Under the pieces are notes generated by a model, which did not search any database, was not told where the DNA came from, and was given only the letters and a program-made list of their open reading frames with translations. The position numbers were made by a program, and so were the translations under genes. 64,000 nucleotides of DNA from Patescibacteria group bacterium. GTDB lineage: Bacteria > Patescibacteriota > Minisyncoccia > Phycocordibacterales > UBA918. Location: positions 108,591-172,590 of the forward strand of contig JAZKFU010000008.1 in the NCBI GenBank assembly GCA_040386275.1, written 5' to 3'. Positions 19,255 through 29,750 of this stretch are shown one piece after another; position 1 is the stretch's first letter; each line of letters begins with the position of its first letter.

Positions 19255-20214
19255 TTATTTCTTTAAGGGATGGAACTCTTTGTGTGTCGTTTCAGCGTAT
19301 CTATCACTTGCATGCACGTAGCGGGAAGTGGTTTCTAGGGACTCGTGACCTAATAGTACTTGAATAGCGGCGGGGTTGGCACCTTGTTCGGCTAGGTAGG
19401 TGGCAAATCCGTGACGAAGAGAGTGAGCACTGGTAGGAATACTGATACCGAGCATTTCTCGGTACCATTTGATTTTCATTTGCAGGTAATTAGCCGAGAT
19501 ATGTTTTTTAATGTCCTTGGCGTTAAGACCTCGGCGAGCGACAAAGATATACGGGCAATCATCATCACGCATTTTTAAGTAGGCACGGATATAACCCTCC
19601 GCTCGAGCGGTGAGGTAGATAAAACGTTGTTTACGCCCTTTACCTAATATGTATATTTTGCCCGTGTGATCAAGTTGGCTAATTTTGAGACTAATGAGTT
19701 CAGAGATACGCATACCGCTCGCAAATAACGTTTCAAGTAATGCTCGGTTCCGAGCCGCTACAAACTCGTCTTTCTCTAGGGTGGTGGGGCACTCGATTAG
19801 TTTAATCAGTTCGTTAAGCTCGAGTAACTGACCAGACGGTTTTTGCATCCGGAGAAGTTTAATGGCGGTAGGGGCAATAGGGGTAGGCTCATCCATGTCC
19901 ATCAGGAACCCCAGGTACCGCCGTAGGGAAGTGAGGTGCCGATTAATTGATCCACTTTTTAATTTTATTTCTGACTCAGCTCCAGCTGATGTCTTGCGGG
20001 TGGGGGAGTTGAGGTACGCTTTATACTGCTCGATAGTTTTTTTGGTTACTTTACTAAATTCAATACTACGCATTTCTTCTTTTAGAAAATTGGCAAAGGT
20101 ATCCAAGTCACGTTCGTAATTGTACAAAGTTTCCGGGGAATAATTATTCGCCTGAATGTGAAGTAGGAAGTCATCAATAAGAGGGAGGGTATTCATAATT
20201 GTATTTGTAGACAT
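19255..20214 (-). CDS. tyrosine site-specific recombinase / integrase (XerC/XerD family)
   Basis: C-terminal catalytic region RHGFATYLAEQGANPAAIQVLLGHESLETTSRYVH (R-H-R-Y box II motif); N-terminal SAM-like domain. Confidence 0.8.
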   Translation of the reverse strand: MSTNTIMNTLPLIDDFLLHIQANNYSPETLYNYERDLDTFANFLKEEMRSIEFSKVTKKTIEQYKAYLNSPTRKTSAGAESEIKLKSGSINRHLTSLRRYLGFLMDMDEPTPIAPTAIKLLRMQKPSGQLLELNELIKLIECPTTLEKDEFVAARNRALLETLFASGMRISELISLKISQLDHTGKIYILGKGRKQRFIYLTARAEGYIRAYLKMRDDDCPYIFVARRGLNAKDIKKHISANYLQMKIKWYREMLGISIPTSAHSLRHGFATYLAEQGANPAAIQVLLGHESLETTSRYVHASDRYAETTHKEFHPLKK

Positions 20215-20920
20215 ATTGTACCAAATGGGGTAACCCTATTAGGTTATTAATAACTGAGTATAATAACTCTAATACTCAGTATTATATATAAAATAAGGGT
20301 ATTCTGCACCTATACTATCCCCAGGCTTAAAACCCTGACTTCCCTATAGGGTAATAAAATTTCAAATTATAATGGGTAATTAATTATTGAGTTTTTACTG
20401 TAGTTATTTTCCCGTTCGTTTTCAGCTCATTTTGTCTCTTTTTACTTTTTCTATCTAAACTCATATTTTGTCTTTGGTGTAAATTATGCATTCGTATCCC
20501 AATATTCATTTTTTACTTAAATACGTAAATTTCTCAATTTGAGACTTTTTTGGTACTGGTACCTAAGTACCTCTTTTTAGCTCCTAGACCCTATTCTCTG
20601 AAGCTCAAAATTCGATTCTAAGCCTCATGCATGTTTTGAGACGACATCTACATTATGTGAAAATATTCACGAGTAAAGGTACCTGATACAAAGTATCAAA
20701 AAATGTTCTGTGCCAGCCGAGTATGTGAATGGAGTGATACGAAGTCGAGTGTTTTTAAACTTATTGCTGCTAATGACTAATTGTATGTAGACAGTACAGT
20801 ATCAGTTACAAAAATATTTTTTAAAAAATACTAGGGAAGTCACGTGTCTTAAAAGATCATTCACTCTTCCCTGTTTGTGTAAAAAATTTCGAGCCCACAA
20901 ATATAGGCGGGCTCGTAAAA

Positions 20921-21226
20921 TTATATTACAAACGTAGCTGTAGGCTGAAGCTGTTGTGGGCGCAAATCATCATCAAATTTATCAAAATTTTCAGTATAAA
21001 AAAATTTTGATAAAACATGTACCGATGATGCGCCGACTAGTGACCAGCCAGCTTTGGCTTCTTCTGTGGTTAAAAATGACTCATGAAATTCTTCAACAGC
21101 GTCGGCTAAGGTTTTCTCTGAATGTTGTTTCCTACTAAGTACACGCTTGGTATACATTTTAAATTCATGAACTCCTCGTGCCTCGTCAACAAGGTTTTGA
21201 ATTTGAGTAATGATATAAACAGCCAT
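20921..21226 (-). CDS. hypothetical protein
   Basis: 101 aa ORF with hairpin CGAGCCC...GGGCTCG downstream. Confidence 0.35.
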   Translation of the reverse strand: MAVYIITQIQNLVDEARGVHEFKMYTKRVLSRKQHSEKTLADAVEEFHESFLTTEEAKAGWSLVGASSVHVLSKFFYTENFDKFDDDLRPQQLQPTATFVI

Positions 21227-21298
21227 TGTGACCTCCCCGCTTAGGTAGAACCTATTTTATCTGGTTCATATACTATTCCTTTGTAGAGTGATGTCAAA

Positions 21299-21631
21299 TT
21301 ACGTAATAGGTTTAAAACTAAACTGTAAAATCTTTACAATTGAATCTGGATTTACAATATCTCCATAGTATCCTCGATACGCAGCGTACATTTTTTGTTC
21401 AGATGTATACCGTTCGTGCCCCATCCAATCCTTTTCTTCTAGAGTGCCTAAGGTTTTGATGTATAAATTAGTTATCTCCCCTGTTCCTATAGTTTCCAAC
21501 GTTTCTTTATTTATAAAAGTGATTGCATCCCCCACTGTTAAATCTTTATCATCAAATAATCTCCAGGTAGAAGTTTTTGTACCCGCAAGAATTTGTGCAG
21601 ATAATTCTGGAGTGAATTTTAGGGTCTTCAT
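21299..21631 (-). CDS. ASCH domain (PUA-like) protein
   Basis: MKTLKFTPELSAQILAGTKTSTWRLFDDKDLTVGD resembles the ASCH N-terminus; start taken at the internal Met. Confidence 0.5.
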   Translation of the reverse strand: MKTLKFTPELSAQILAGTKTSTWRLFDDKDLTVGDAITFINKETLETIGTGEITNLYIKTLGTLEEKDWMGHERYTSEQKMYAAYRGYYGDIVNPDSIVKILQFSFKPIT

Positions 21632-21635
21632 ACAG

Positions 21636-21986
21636 TTAATTTGCAAAAATGCTTACAATGCTAATTACTAAAGCAAATATAGAAATTACAAATGCTTGCT
21701 TTGAATTTTGTCGCGCTTCTTTTAGTTCATCATACTCGAGTAGTCGTGATCTGCCTTCAAAACTTAACATGAACCTCATACCTCTACCGTCACCGCTTCC
21801 TCCTACATATGTAAAAAATGGACCATTTGTACTAACTTCAGTTCCGATAAATACTTGTTGTTCATAATTAAGTTTTAAGTTTTGAATCAAATCAGCATGC
21901 GTGAAATTAGGATTATCCAGAGCATACCTTAAAATTTTTACATGAATATCTTCTTCAGTTTCAGTAAAGTATTTTGACAATAACAT
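21636..21986 (-). CDS. hypothetical protein with C-terminal TM helix
   Basis: 116 aa; C-terminal AFVISIFALVISIVSIF. Confidence 0.35.
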   Translation of the reverse strand: MLLSKYFTETEEDIHVKILRYALDNPNFTHADLIQNLKLNYEQQVFIGTEVSTNGPFFTYVGGSGDGRGMRFMLSFEGRSRLLEYDELKEARQNSKQAFVISIFALVISIVSIFAN

Positions 21987-21990
21987 ATTT

Positions 21991-23301
21991 CTAGTATGGT
22001 GGCAGGTATAACATTGGGTCGAGGTATGCTTCGGTCGCGGCTACTGGGGTGGTGGCTGCTCCACAACTGGTTACGGCTTTGATTTCGTTGAATTTACGGA
22101 CACTTACTCCGTCTTTGGCGTACACGGTAAAGTGGAGGTGTGGGCCAGTTGAATAGCCGGTGTTACCGGAATAACCAATAACTTCTCCGGTTGCTACTCG
22201 TTGTCCGGGTACGACACTTTGCACACTTTGGTGTGCGTATAAAGTTGCGAGTCCGTTGGCGTGATCAATCAGCGTCCATTTACCCCATGAGTAACAACCT
22301 GGCACTGCATCCGTGTTACCAGTCGCACGAACTGTTCCCGCAAGCGGCGCCGTGATTTGACTACCCGACGGAACACCAAAGTCTACGCCCGGGTGGTATG
22401 CTCGCCCACCATAGGCGCCAGCATTTCGTTTTGCAAACTCAGTTCCGCCGAAATATTGCGTTACCACAATATTTTTTAGTGGCCAATCAAACACCCGTGA
22501 TCCTGACGCCGGGATAGTATTAGGGTTAAGAATAAACGTCAGCTTTGCTTCAAAGTCGCGCATTTCTTTTACAATTTGTTCGCGGGCTGCTTGTTTTTGC
22601 TTGAGCAGTTTTTGGAAATTAGCTTCTTCGTTTTTTGTTGCAACGAGTAGTTCAGAACGTTCGGCTTTATTGCTGGCTAATACTGAACTTTGATCACTGT
22701 ACTGATTTTTTAAACTCACTAATTCCCCACGCCTTTCAGATGTTTGGTCGCGTTTTTCTTCGAGGGTTTGTTGCAGGGTAACGAGGTTAGCAACGCGTTC
22801 GTTCATACTGTTACGTACTCGATCAAGCGTTTGCAGAGTACTCCAAAATTCAGAGAGTCGTTCATTTTGTAACATCGCTTCAATCATAGTGACTTGCTCG
22901 GACTTGTAGATACGACGAATTGTTTCTGCAATAGCAGCTTCGTTTTTGCTAATATCATTCTCGGCGGTATTGATTTCTAAAATCAGTTTATTAATCTCAA
23001 GATCAGTTGAGTTAATTTTTTGCTCAGTGTATTTAATTTCCGCTTGAACCTTGCCGCGTTCCAGTTCGAGTCTCGCAATGGCGTTTTGCAATGTTTTCTT
23101 TTCTCCACCCACTTCTTTGAGTGACGCTTCGTACTTTGCAATTTCTTTTTCAATTTCACCTAATCGGTTGTTTCGATCACGAATTTCCGTCTGCAAAGCT
23201 TCGATATCTACTTGTGCGCGGACATGATTAGTCCCCCACCAGAAGGATGGGATAAGTGCTAAGCCTAAGAAAAAAGTAACAAAAAATTTATGTACGGTCA
23301 T
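21991..23301 (-). CDS. M23 family metallopeptidase with N-terminal coiled-coil (EnvC/murein hydrolase activator-like)
   Basis: Long coiled-coil N-terminus; C-terminal HPGVDFGVP...HLHFTVY M23/LytM motifs. Confidence 0.8.
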   Translation of the reverse strand: MTVHKFFVTFFLGLALIPSFWWGTNHVRAQVDIEALQTEIRDRNNRLGEIEKEIAKYEASLKEVGGEKKTLQNAIARLELERGKVQAEIKYTEQKINSTDLEINKLILEINTAENDISKNEAAIAETIRRIYKSEQVTMIEAMLQNERLSEFWSTLQTLDRVRNSMNERVANLVTLQQTLEEKRDQTSERRGELVSLKNQYSDQSSVLASNKAERSELLVATKNEEANFQKLLKQKQAAREQIVKEMRDFEAKLTFILNPNTIPASGSRVFDWPLKNIVVTQYFGGTEFAKRNAGAYGGRAYHPGVDFGVPSGSQITAPLAGTVRATGNTDAVPGCYSWGKWTLIDHANGLATLYAHQSVQSVVPGQRVATGEVIGYSGNTGYSTGPHLHFTVYAKDGVSVRKFNEIKAVTSCGAATTPVAATEAYLDPMLYLPPY

Positions 23302-24773
23302 TACCCTTGTAGTTTATCACAAGCGGTTTCTATCCGAGCAAGCGTTTCCACTTGGCCAATACTATACGCAATAGTAAATGGGTCAGGAGACTGAATTTTG
23401 CCTGATAAACAGACTCGTAGAGGCCATAAAAGCTCTCCCTTCCCTACTTCTTCTGCATAGGGCCATAAGGCAGCCTTTATTGTATCAGAGGAGCTAAAAT
23501 CGGCATTTTTAAGCAATTCTAGGGCCATTTTTAGTCGTGGAAGGGCTTGGGTAGCATCCGTATCATTTTTCCACTTTATAATTGAGGTTTCGTAGTCTGG
23601 TGCAGTAAAAGCCCAGTCATATTCTCCGGCACTAACTTCCGTGTGGAATTCAGCGAGGGTGTTGATTCGTTCACGAATTGTTGGCACTAATCGCTTGAGG
23701 GTGTTGATAGTGTATTGTGGCAGTGCGGATAGTTGCTCGGGGATTGCTGGTAGCAGGTACTCCATAAACGCTTCGTTTGACAGTGCGTTTAAGTGCTGGC
23801 GGTTCATCCAGAGTAGCTTTTCTTCGTTAAACACAGCACCGGCTTTTTGAATTTTTGAAATATCAAACGCGGTGATAAGTTCATCTTGTGAAAATACTTC
23901 TTGTTCAGTGCCAGGGTTCCAGCCAGTTAACGCTAAAAAGTTCACCATGGCTTCCGGTAAGTAACCGTCAGTGCGGTAATCTAAAATGTCTTTGGCGCCA
24001 TCTCGTTTACCAAGTTTTTTGGTGCGGTCATCACGGAGAATTGGTGGTAACGTTACAAAGGTTGGGTACGGAATATCAAGCGCATCATAGATACTTAAAA
24101 ACTTAGGCATACTTGAAATAAACTCATCTCCGCGCATGATATGCGTCACCCCCATCACGTGGTCATCAATAATGTGGGCAAAATTGTATGTTGGGTAGCC
24201 GTCTGATTTAATTAAAATCACATCATCGAGCATCTCTTCCCCGGCCGACAGTTCCCCGCGCACTTCATCGTGCCAGGTGTAGCGTTTAATCTCAGGCACC
24301 TTTAAGCGCAAGGGCTTGGTGCCGTCCCAGGTTTCAAACACTTCGGGTCTATGGTCTCGAAATAAAAATGGTCGTTTAGCAGCAATGGCACTTTCTTTAA
24401 AAGCTGCGACCTCTTCAGTGGTATACGGGTCGGGATACGCGAGACCTTTGGCAATTAATTGGTGCGCAAACTCTAAATACGTTGGGAGACGTTCTGATTG
24501 AATACATGAACCAAACGGTGTGTCAGTACCCGGACCATAGTCCCAGGTAATACCAAGCCACTGCAAGGCTTCTTTGATTTGTTCGATAGAGCCAGCAACT
24601 TCACGTTCCTTGTCGGTATCTTCGATACGGAGAATAAACGTGCCGTTATCCTTGCGCGCGTAGAGGTACGCAAACAGAGCTGTCCGAATACCGCCAATAT
24701 GCATAAAACCCGTCGGAGACGGGGCGAAACGCGTTACTACTTTTTTAGCATCTGCATTATGATCCATGTTCAA
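23301..24773 (-). CDS. gltX: glutamate--tRNA ligase
   Basis: FAPSPTGFMHIGGIRTALF (HIGH-type motif) and KLGKRDG (KMSKS-like) class I GluRS signatures. Confidence 0.9.
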   Translation of the reverse strand: MNMDHNADAKKVVTRFAPSPTGFMHIGGIRTALFAYLYARKDNGTFILRIEDTDKEREVAGSIEQIKEALQWLGITWDYGPGTDTPFGSCIQSERLPTYLEFAHQLIAKGLAYPDPYTTEEVAAFKESAIAAKRPFLFRDHRPEVFETWDGTKPLRLKVPEIKRYTWHDEVRGELSAGEEMLDDVILIKSDGYPTYNFAHIIDDHVMGVTHIMRGDEFISSMPKFLSIYDALDIPYPTFVTLPPILRDDRTKKLGKRDGAKDILDYRTDGYLPEAMVNFLALTGWNPGTEQEVFSQDELITAFDISKIQKAGAVFNEEKLLWMNRQHLNALSNEAFMEYLLPAIPEQLSALPQYTINTLKRLVPTIRERINTLAEFHTEVSAGEYDWAFTAPDYETSIIKWKNDTDATQALPRLKMALELLKNADFSSSDTIKAALWPYAEEVGKGELLWPLRVCLSGKIQSPDPFTIAYSIGQVETLARIETACDKLQG

Positions 24774-25869
24774 TCCCGATTGACAAAAGTGCTGTCGCTA
24801 CCAGTTGCGCCGCGTCAGGGCGGGCAAAGGCTCGTGCTGAAGCACACATATGTTGATATTTATCAGGGTCCCCCATAATAGACTGGATTTCGGCGGTAAG
24901 CAAATTCTCGGTTAAGTTCCCTTCCTCAAGCACGGAAGCCGCGCCGGTACGGGCGTAGGCGTAGGCATTAGTGCGTTGATCGTGACTGATTTCCTCAGGA
25001 ATAGGAATAACAATTGATGGCTTGCCATGTAAGGCAATTTCAAATAATGATGTACTGCCCGCGCGGGTAATGACGATACTCGCCGCATCCAAAAGGGCTG
25101 CGACGGTGCTCGCTGTTACCTTCCCTTTTACGTAGTAGCGACTGAGTAACGCCGGGTCAGTGACCAATGCTTGAGCGGTTTGAATCACAGTGTGTTCAAG
25201 TTCTGTTCCAGTCTGGTGAAAGATTCGATATTGGGGCAACAGTCGAGTGAGCGACTTTAAAATCAGACCGTTAATTCGGTCAGCACCGAGCGAACCACCG
25301 GTGATGTAAATCAACGGAGCGTCATTCGGGATACCGAGTTTAGTAAATGGATCACTATCAATATTGGCAATGACACGACGAATCGGAATTCCAACAAGCG
25401 CAGTTTTATCAGCCGGAAAGTGTTCGGCTACCTCGGGGTACGCAATACCAATGTAGCGAGCAAAGTTTCGAGCGAGCAAACTAGCGCGACCGGGCTTGCT
25501 GTCTGATTCATGAATCACTACGGGGATACGATAGAAACGTGCCATTAATAAAACCGGCACGCTGGTGTATCCGCCTTTACTAAAAATCACATCAGGGTAC
25601 CAGATAAATAGTTGGTACCAGGCTACGAACACTCCCACAAACGTCTTCCACATATCCAAAAAGTTTTGCAGTGAAAAATAACGACGTACTTTTCCAGCCG
25701 GACAGTACACGTGACGGATGTTGTGTGCTTGGAGCTCAGCTTCATCAAATGAGGTGGGGCCTATGTAAATTAGTTCAGCAATAGGGTTAACGGCGCGAAT
25801 GGCTTCGGCTGTTGCAATCAACGGATAAAAATGACCACCGGTACCACCACCGACAAACGCAATTCTCAT
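24757..25869 (-). CDS. murG: UDP-N-acetylglucosamine--N-acetylmuramyl-(pentapeptide) pyrophosphoryl-undecaprenol GlcNAc transferase
   Basis: MRIAFVGGGTGGHFYP N-terminal glycosyltransferase family 28 motif; dcw-cluster position after ftsW. Confidence 0.85.
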   Translation of the reverse strand: MRIAFVGGGTGGHFYPLIATAEAIRAVNPIAELIYIGPTSFDEAELQAHNIRHVYCPAGKVRRYFSLQNFLDMWKTFVGVFVAWYQLFIWYPDVIFSKGGYTSVPVLLMARFYRIPVVIHESDSKPGRASLLARNFARYIGIAYPEVAEHFPADKTALVGIPIRRVIANIDSDPFTKLGIPNDAPLIYITGGSLGADRINGLILKSLTRLLPQYRIFHQTGTELEHTVIQTAQALVTDPALLSRYYVKGKVTASTVAALLDAASIVITRAGSTSLFEIALHGKPSIVIPIPEEISHDQRTNAYAYARTGAASVLEEGNLTENLLTAEIQSIMGDPDKYQHMCASARAFARPDAAQLVATALLSIGIEHGS

Positions 25870-25883
25870 ATTGCATTATTCTA

Positions 25884-27038
25884 TCATGGACGCACACTGC
25901 TCTTGCGGTACTTGGACACATTTAACACAATCCCAACCATCGTTAAGGTAGCAAGCAACGCTGTTCCTCCGTGACTAATAAATGGTAACGGTAATCCCGA
26001 CAGCGGCGCGACACCGAGCATCGCACCAATATTCAAAAACGCCTGCAAAACTATAATGGTCATAAACCCAACTACCAGCAACATCCCAAACATATCCGGT
26101 GCGACAGCGGCAATCTTAAACCCACGGAACGTAAAAGATAAAAATAATACAATCAACATCACACTCCCTACAAAACCAAATTCCTCTGAGTACACAGCAA
26201 AAATAGAGTCACCAATTGGTTCAGGTAGGTATTCAAATTTTTGAATACTCTGACCAAACCCACGCCCAGAAAATCCTCCTGAACCCACTGCAATCAGTGA
26301 TTGTTGAATCTGGTACCCGGCGCCTTGTGGGTCACTCTCGGGGTGCATAAAGGTTGTTAAACGATCCATGATGTACGGGCGCATCATCGCCACTATCGCG
26401 AGCAAAATAACAGCGGACAGCACCATCACTCCCACATCCCGCCACCTGCCACCAGCGGTAATAAACATCGCCAACCCAGCCGCAGCCATAATCATAAACG
26501 TGTCAGTATCTGGTTGCATAAGCATGACAAACCCTACAACTGCTACAATCCCGATAAACGGCAAAGTTCCGGACACAAAGGAATTGATGTGCTGGTTCAT
26601 ACCCGACAGCCAGGTGGCTACATAAATCACAAACCCAATTTTCAAAATCTCAGCGGGTTGCAAGGAAAAGCCAAAAATATTAATCCAGCGAGTTGCTCCC
26701 CCGTGAGTGGCACCGATGCCCGGAATAAATACGGCGAGTGTAATCAGGATGGAAAATATAAATATATAAAAAGCATACTGGCGTAAGTTTCGGTAAAAGA
26801 GATTGCTCATCAAAAACATCGCCGTTCCCCCACCCGCAATCCCAAACAAAAATTGGTTAAAGGCCACGCTCGAAAAACTAGCACCACTACGAGACAGTAA
26901 CCCTAGTGATGCCGAGGAGAATATTAAAAACCCACCTACTACTAACACAATAACGAGGGCCAATAAAATTTTGTCGACGGGCTTGGCTTTCATATAATCT
27001 AAGCAACGGTAGCGATTGCTAGTCCTGCAATGGCACAC
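25884..27038 (-). CDS. ftsW: SEDS-family peptidoglycan glycosyltransferase FtsW/RodA
   Basis: 10-TM SEDS protein located between mraY and murG. Confidence 0.8.
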   Translation of the reverse strand: MCHCRTSNRYRCLDYMKAKPVDKILLALVIVLVVGGFLIFSSASLGLLSRSGASFSSVAFNQFLFGIAGGGTAMFLMSNLFYRNLRQYAFYIFIFSILITLAVFIPGIGATHGGATRWINIFGFSLQPAEILKIGFVIYVATWLSGMNQHINSFVSGTLPFIGIVAVVGFVMLMQPDTDTFMIMAAAGLAMFITAGGRWRDVGVMVLSAVILLAIVAMMRPYIMDRLTTFMHPESDPQGAGYQIQQSLIAVGSGGFSGRGFGQSIQKFEYLPEPIGDSIFAVYSEEFGFVGSVMLIVLFLSFTFRGFKIAAVAPDMFGMLLVVGFMTIIVLQAFLNIGAMLGVAPLSGLPLPFISHGGTALLATLTMVGIVLNVSKYRKSSVRP

Positions 27039-28057
27039 ATAATACTAATAACCCAGTACCGCATAACAACTTTAGCTGACGGCCAACCAATCGCTTCAAA
27101 ATGGTGATGGAGGGGTGCAATTCTAAATAACTTACGACCAGTTAATTTTCGGTATGTTACTTGCATCAATACAGACGCTGCAGTCGCAACGAGCGGCAAC
27201 CCAATTAACGGCAACAGTAATATCCCCTTCCCGTCTCCCAGGTCATCAGTCATAAATACTACGACAGCCAGTGTAAGGGTTAAAGCCATTGAACCGGTTT
27301 CTGTCATCCAAAACCGTGCCGGTGGAATGTTAAACCATAAAAAAGCCAATATACCACCGGCAACCGTGGCGCAAAAAGCCGCGAGGTCATATTGCGACTG
27401 GTTAAAGGCAATCCCCGCGTAGGATAAAAAGATGGTTGAAAATACACCCCCCGATAACCCATCAATGCCATCAATCACGCCACTAGCGTACAGTGAGATG
27501 GTAGTGAAAATAAAGAATGGGATAATTAACCAACCGATATACACCGATCCATCAAATGGAATTCCCACACTATCAATGCCGAGTTTCGCATAAAACCACC
27601 AGCCGATAAATCCTGATAGTGCCGTAACGATAATTAAACGCACGGACAATCGCAGTCCTTTGCCACCGTGCACCACGTCATAATAATCATTAAGTAATCC
27701 CACCAGCGCTCCGATAATCAAGGTAGTAAACGGAATCCAGGTTTCTGACCGACTGAGAAAAAACAGTTCATCATAAATACTGTGCGGAAATAATAGTTGC
27801 CCCAGATATATAAACCCAAGCGTACAAACTACAGACCCCCAAATCACTATGCCGCCCATACGCGGTGTTTTTACTTCCCCGTCGCCTTTAAGACGATTAA
27901 ATTCAGTCGCGACAGTACCATTCAGGGCCGTCTTGCCGCCAGTCTTTTTCCAGACTTTATGTTTAAAGAGATAGTGCGTCAAAATCGGCGTTAATACAAT
28001 CCCAAAAATAAAGGCGACCGTAGCGGGGATTAAAATTGCAAAAATTGGGTATTCCAT
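26999..28057 (-). CDS. mraY: phospho-N-acetylmuramoyl-pentapeptide transferase
   Basis: Multi-TM MraY/WecA family with conserved DD and NxxNxxDGIDGL-type motifs (DGIDGLSGG). Confidence 0.85.
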   Translation of the reverse strand: MEYPIFAILIPATVAFIFGIVLTPILTHYLFKHKVWKKTGGKTALNGTVATEFNRLKGDGEVKTPRMGGIVIWGSVVCTLGFIYLGQLLFPHSIYDELFFLSRSETWIPFTTLIIGALVGLLNDYYDVVHGGKGLRLSVRLIIVTALSGFIGWWFYAKLGIDSVGIPFDGSVYIGWLIIPFFIFTTISLYASGVIDGIDGLSGGVFSTIFLSYAGIAFNQSQYDLAAFCATVAGGILAFLWFNIPPARFWMTETGSMALTLTLAVVVFMTDDLGDGKGILLLPLIGLPLVATAASVLMQVTYRKLTGRKLFRIAPLHHHFEAIGWPSAKVVMRYWVISIMCAIAGLAIATVA

Positions 28058-28060
28058 ATC

Positions 28061-29077
28061 TTATTCAGTCTCCTCCATTGCGGTCGTTACTGCCTGCACT
28101 AATTTCTTAACATCACTAAACCGACCATCGTAACTAGAACCAAGCACCGTAATAATAATTGGTCGGTTATAGCCGGCATCAAAGGCAATGGTAAGGTTTC
28201 CACCGGCTAAATCGGTATAACCAGTTTTAGAACCAAGCAAGTTAGGAATTTGCGTCACAATCGGATTGGTATTTTCAGCGGAGTGGTAACTTCCCGCTTC
28301 ATTGTAAACGCGAGTACTGGTGAAGGTGCTCGGTTCGAGAATGCTCGGGTAATTTTCCAGAATATATTCCATGAGGAATGATACTTCACGTGCCGTACCG
28401 ACAGCCCCCGCTTCGCTTGCATCAACATCCAGTCCCGTAGGGTTATAAAAAGTAAAATTAGTAAAACCTAACTCTTCGGCGCGCACGTTCATGGCGTTTA
28501 CAAACGTTTGATTAGGGTTACTCGTATCAATCAACGCACCCACGGCATTTGCCAAAGCATAGGCTGCGTCATTGGATGAGGCGAGCATGGCGTAATCAGA
28601 CAATGACTGCACCGAAATAAGCTCCCCTTCTTGTAGGCCACTTGATCCAGATTGTGAAATGGCCGATTTGGAAACGGAAACCTTTTTACTATCATCAACC
28701 AATTCGTGCGCAACCAAAGCCGTCATTAGTTTGGTGATAGACGCCAGCGGTAGAACTGTATCGGCGCCTTTAGTGTAAAGCGCCTTCTTGCCTTTGACGT
28801 CATACACAAACGCAGCCTTTCCTTCCAGAGAAATATTTTCTAAGGTGGCTATAGCAGTAAGATTATTTTGAGCAGTAACGAGTGGTGCTTCAGGGGCGGG
28901 AGTATCAGTGCCAGTATCGGTATTCATAAATCGCTTAACAAACACTCCACTAAAAATAAGCGCGAGTACAAGCCCAAGGACGGACAATTGCGCTAATACT
29001 GGAAACCGTCGAACTTCCACCGATTCTTGTGGTGTTTCTTCAACAGTATCAATCATGTAGTCGGTATCATCGATCAT
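28061..29077 (-). CDS. D-alanyl-D-alanine carboxypeptidase (S11 serine peptidase, PBP5/6-like)
   Basis: SITKLMT (SxxK) active site motif; signal/TM anchor. Confidence 0.7.
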   Translation of the reverse strand: MIDDTDYMIDTVEETPQESVEVRRFPVLAQLSVLGLVLALIFSGVFVKRFMNTDTGTDTPAPEAPLVTAQNNLTAIATLENISLEGKAAFVYDVKGKKALYTKGADTVLPLASITKLMTALVAHELVDDSKKVSVSKSAISQSGSSGLQEGELISVQSLSDYAMLASSNDAAYALANAVGALIDTSNPNQTFVNAMNVRAEELGFTNFTFYNPTGLDVDASEAGAVGTAREVSFLMEYILENYPSILEPSTFTSTRVYNEAGSYHSAENTNPIVTQIPNLLGSKTGYTDLAGGNLTIAFDAGYNRPIIITVLGSSYDGRFSDVKKLVQAVTTAMEETE

Positions 29078-29658
29078 ACGGTAGTTTCGGTCTTAGCGTG
29101 TTCATCAAATTGTTCAAGCGCATCAGTGATACGAGCAAATTCAGGTAATGAACTATTGTCAGTAACGCCTAGTGTCGCAAGCAGTGCGGGAGTAACCGAA
29201 AAGGTGTACCCGCTCCCCTTCCCACTCGCGTTTCGTTCAATTAATCCGCGAATTAATAAATTGCGCAAAATAAATGATGAATTAACCCCTCGAACCCGGT
29301 CTATCTCGCTACGTGATACGGGACCACGGTATAACACAATCGCTAGCGTTTCAGCGCCCGCTTTACCAATATCATTTTTAATATCAGCTTTTCGAATTTG
29401 TTCAATAAACGGAGCCAGTTCGGGAGCCGCTGCTAATACAATCTCGGTCTCAGTTTCAATTAGACGAGTAGCACCATTCGTGAGTCGAGATGAAAGATGC
29501 GCAATAGCAACGTTTAAATCTTCCTCTGAGACCGAGTAGAGCTTTAAAAGGCTAGCTTTTTTCTGTGGGGCTGACTTATAAAAAAGCAGTCCTTCAATAA
29601 GAATATCTAAAGGCATTGTACACACCAGTGTACCATAGAATAAGGCCGATAAAACCAC
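29074..29658 (-). CDS. scpB: segregation and condensation protein B (true start may be the internal MPLDIL at about 29616)
   Basis: Winged-helix ScpB-like sequence (LLFYKSAPQKKASLLKL...IVLYRGPVSRSEIDRVRGVNSS...LLIRGLI). Confidence 0.7.
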   Translation of the reverse strand: MVLSALFYGTLVCTMPLDILIEGLLFYKSAPQKKASLLKLYSVSEEDLNVAIAHLSSRLTNGATRLIETETEIVLAAAPELAPFIEQIRKADIKNDIGKAGAETLAIVLYRGPVSRSEIDRVRGVNSSFILRNLLIRGLIERNASGKGSGYTFSVTPALLATLGVTDNSSLPEFARITDALEQFDEHAKTETTV

Positions 29659-29750
29659 GTATTTTAGACCTTTTCTGTTGACAACATTAAAATCCCCAAT
29701 CCTAATGCTTGACTTTTGTATTTTAGTATGCTATTGTTTTACCTACCTGA

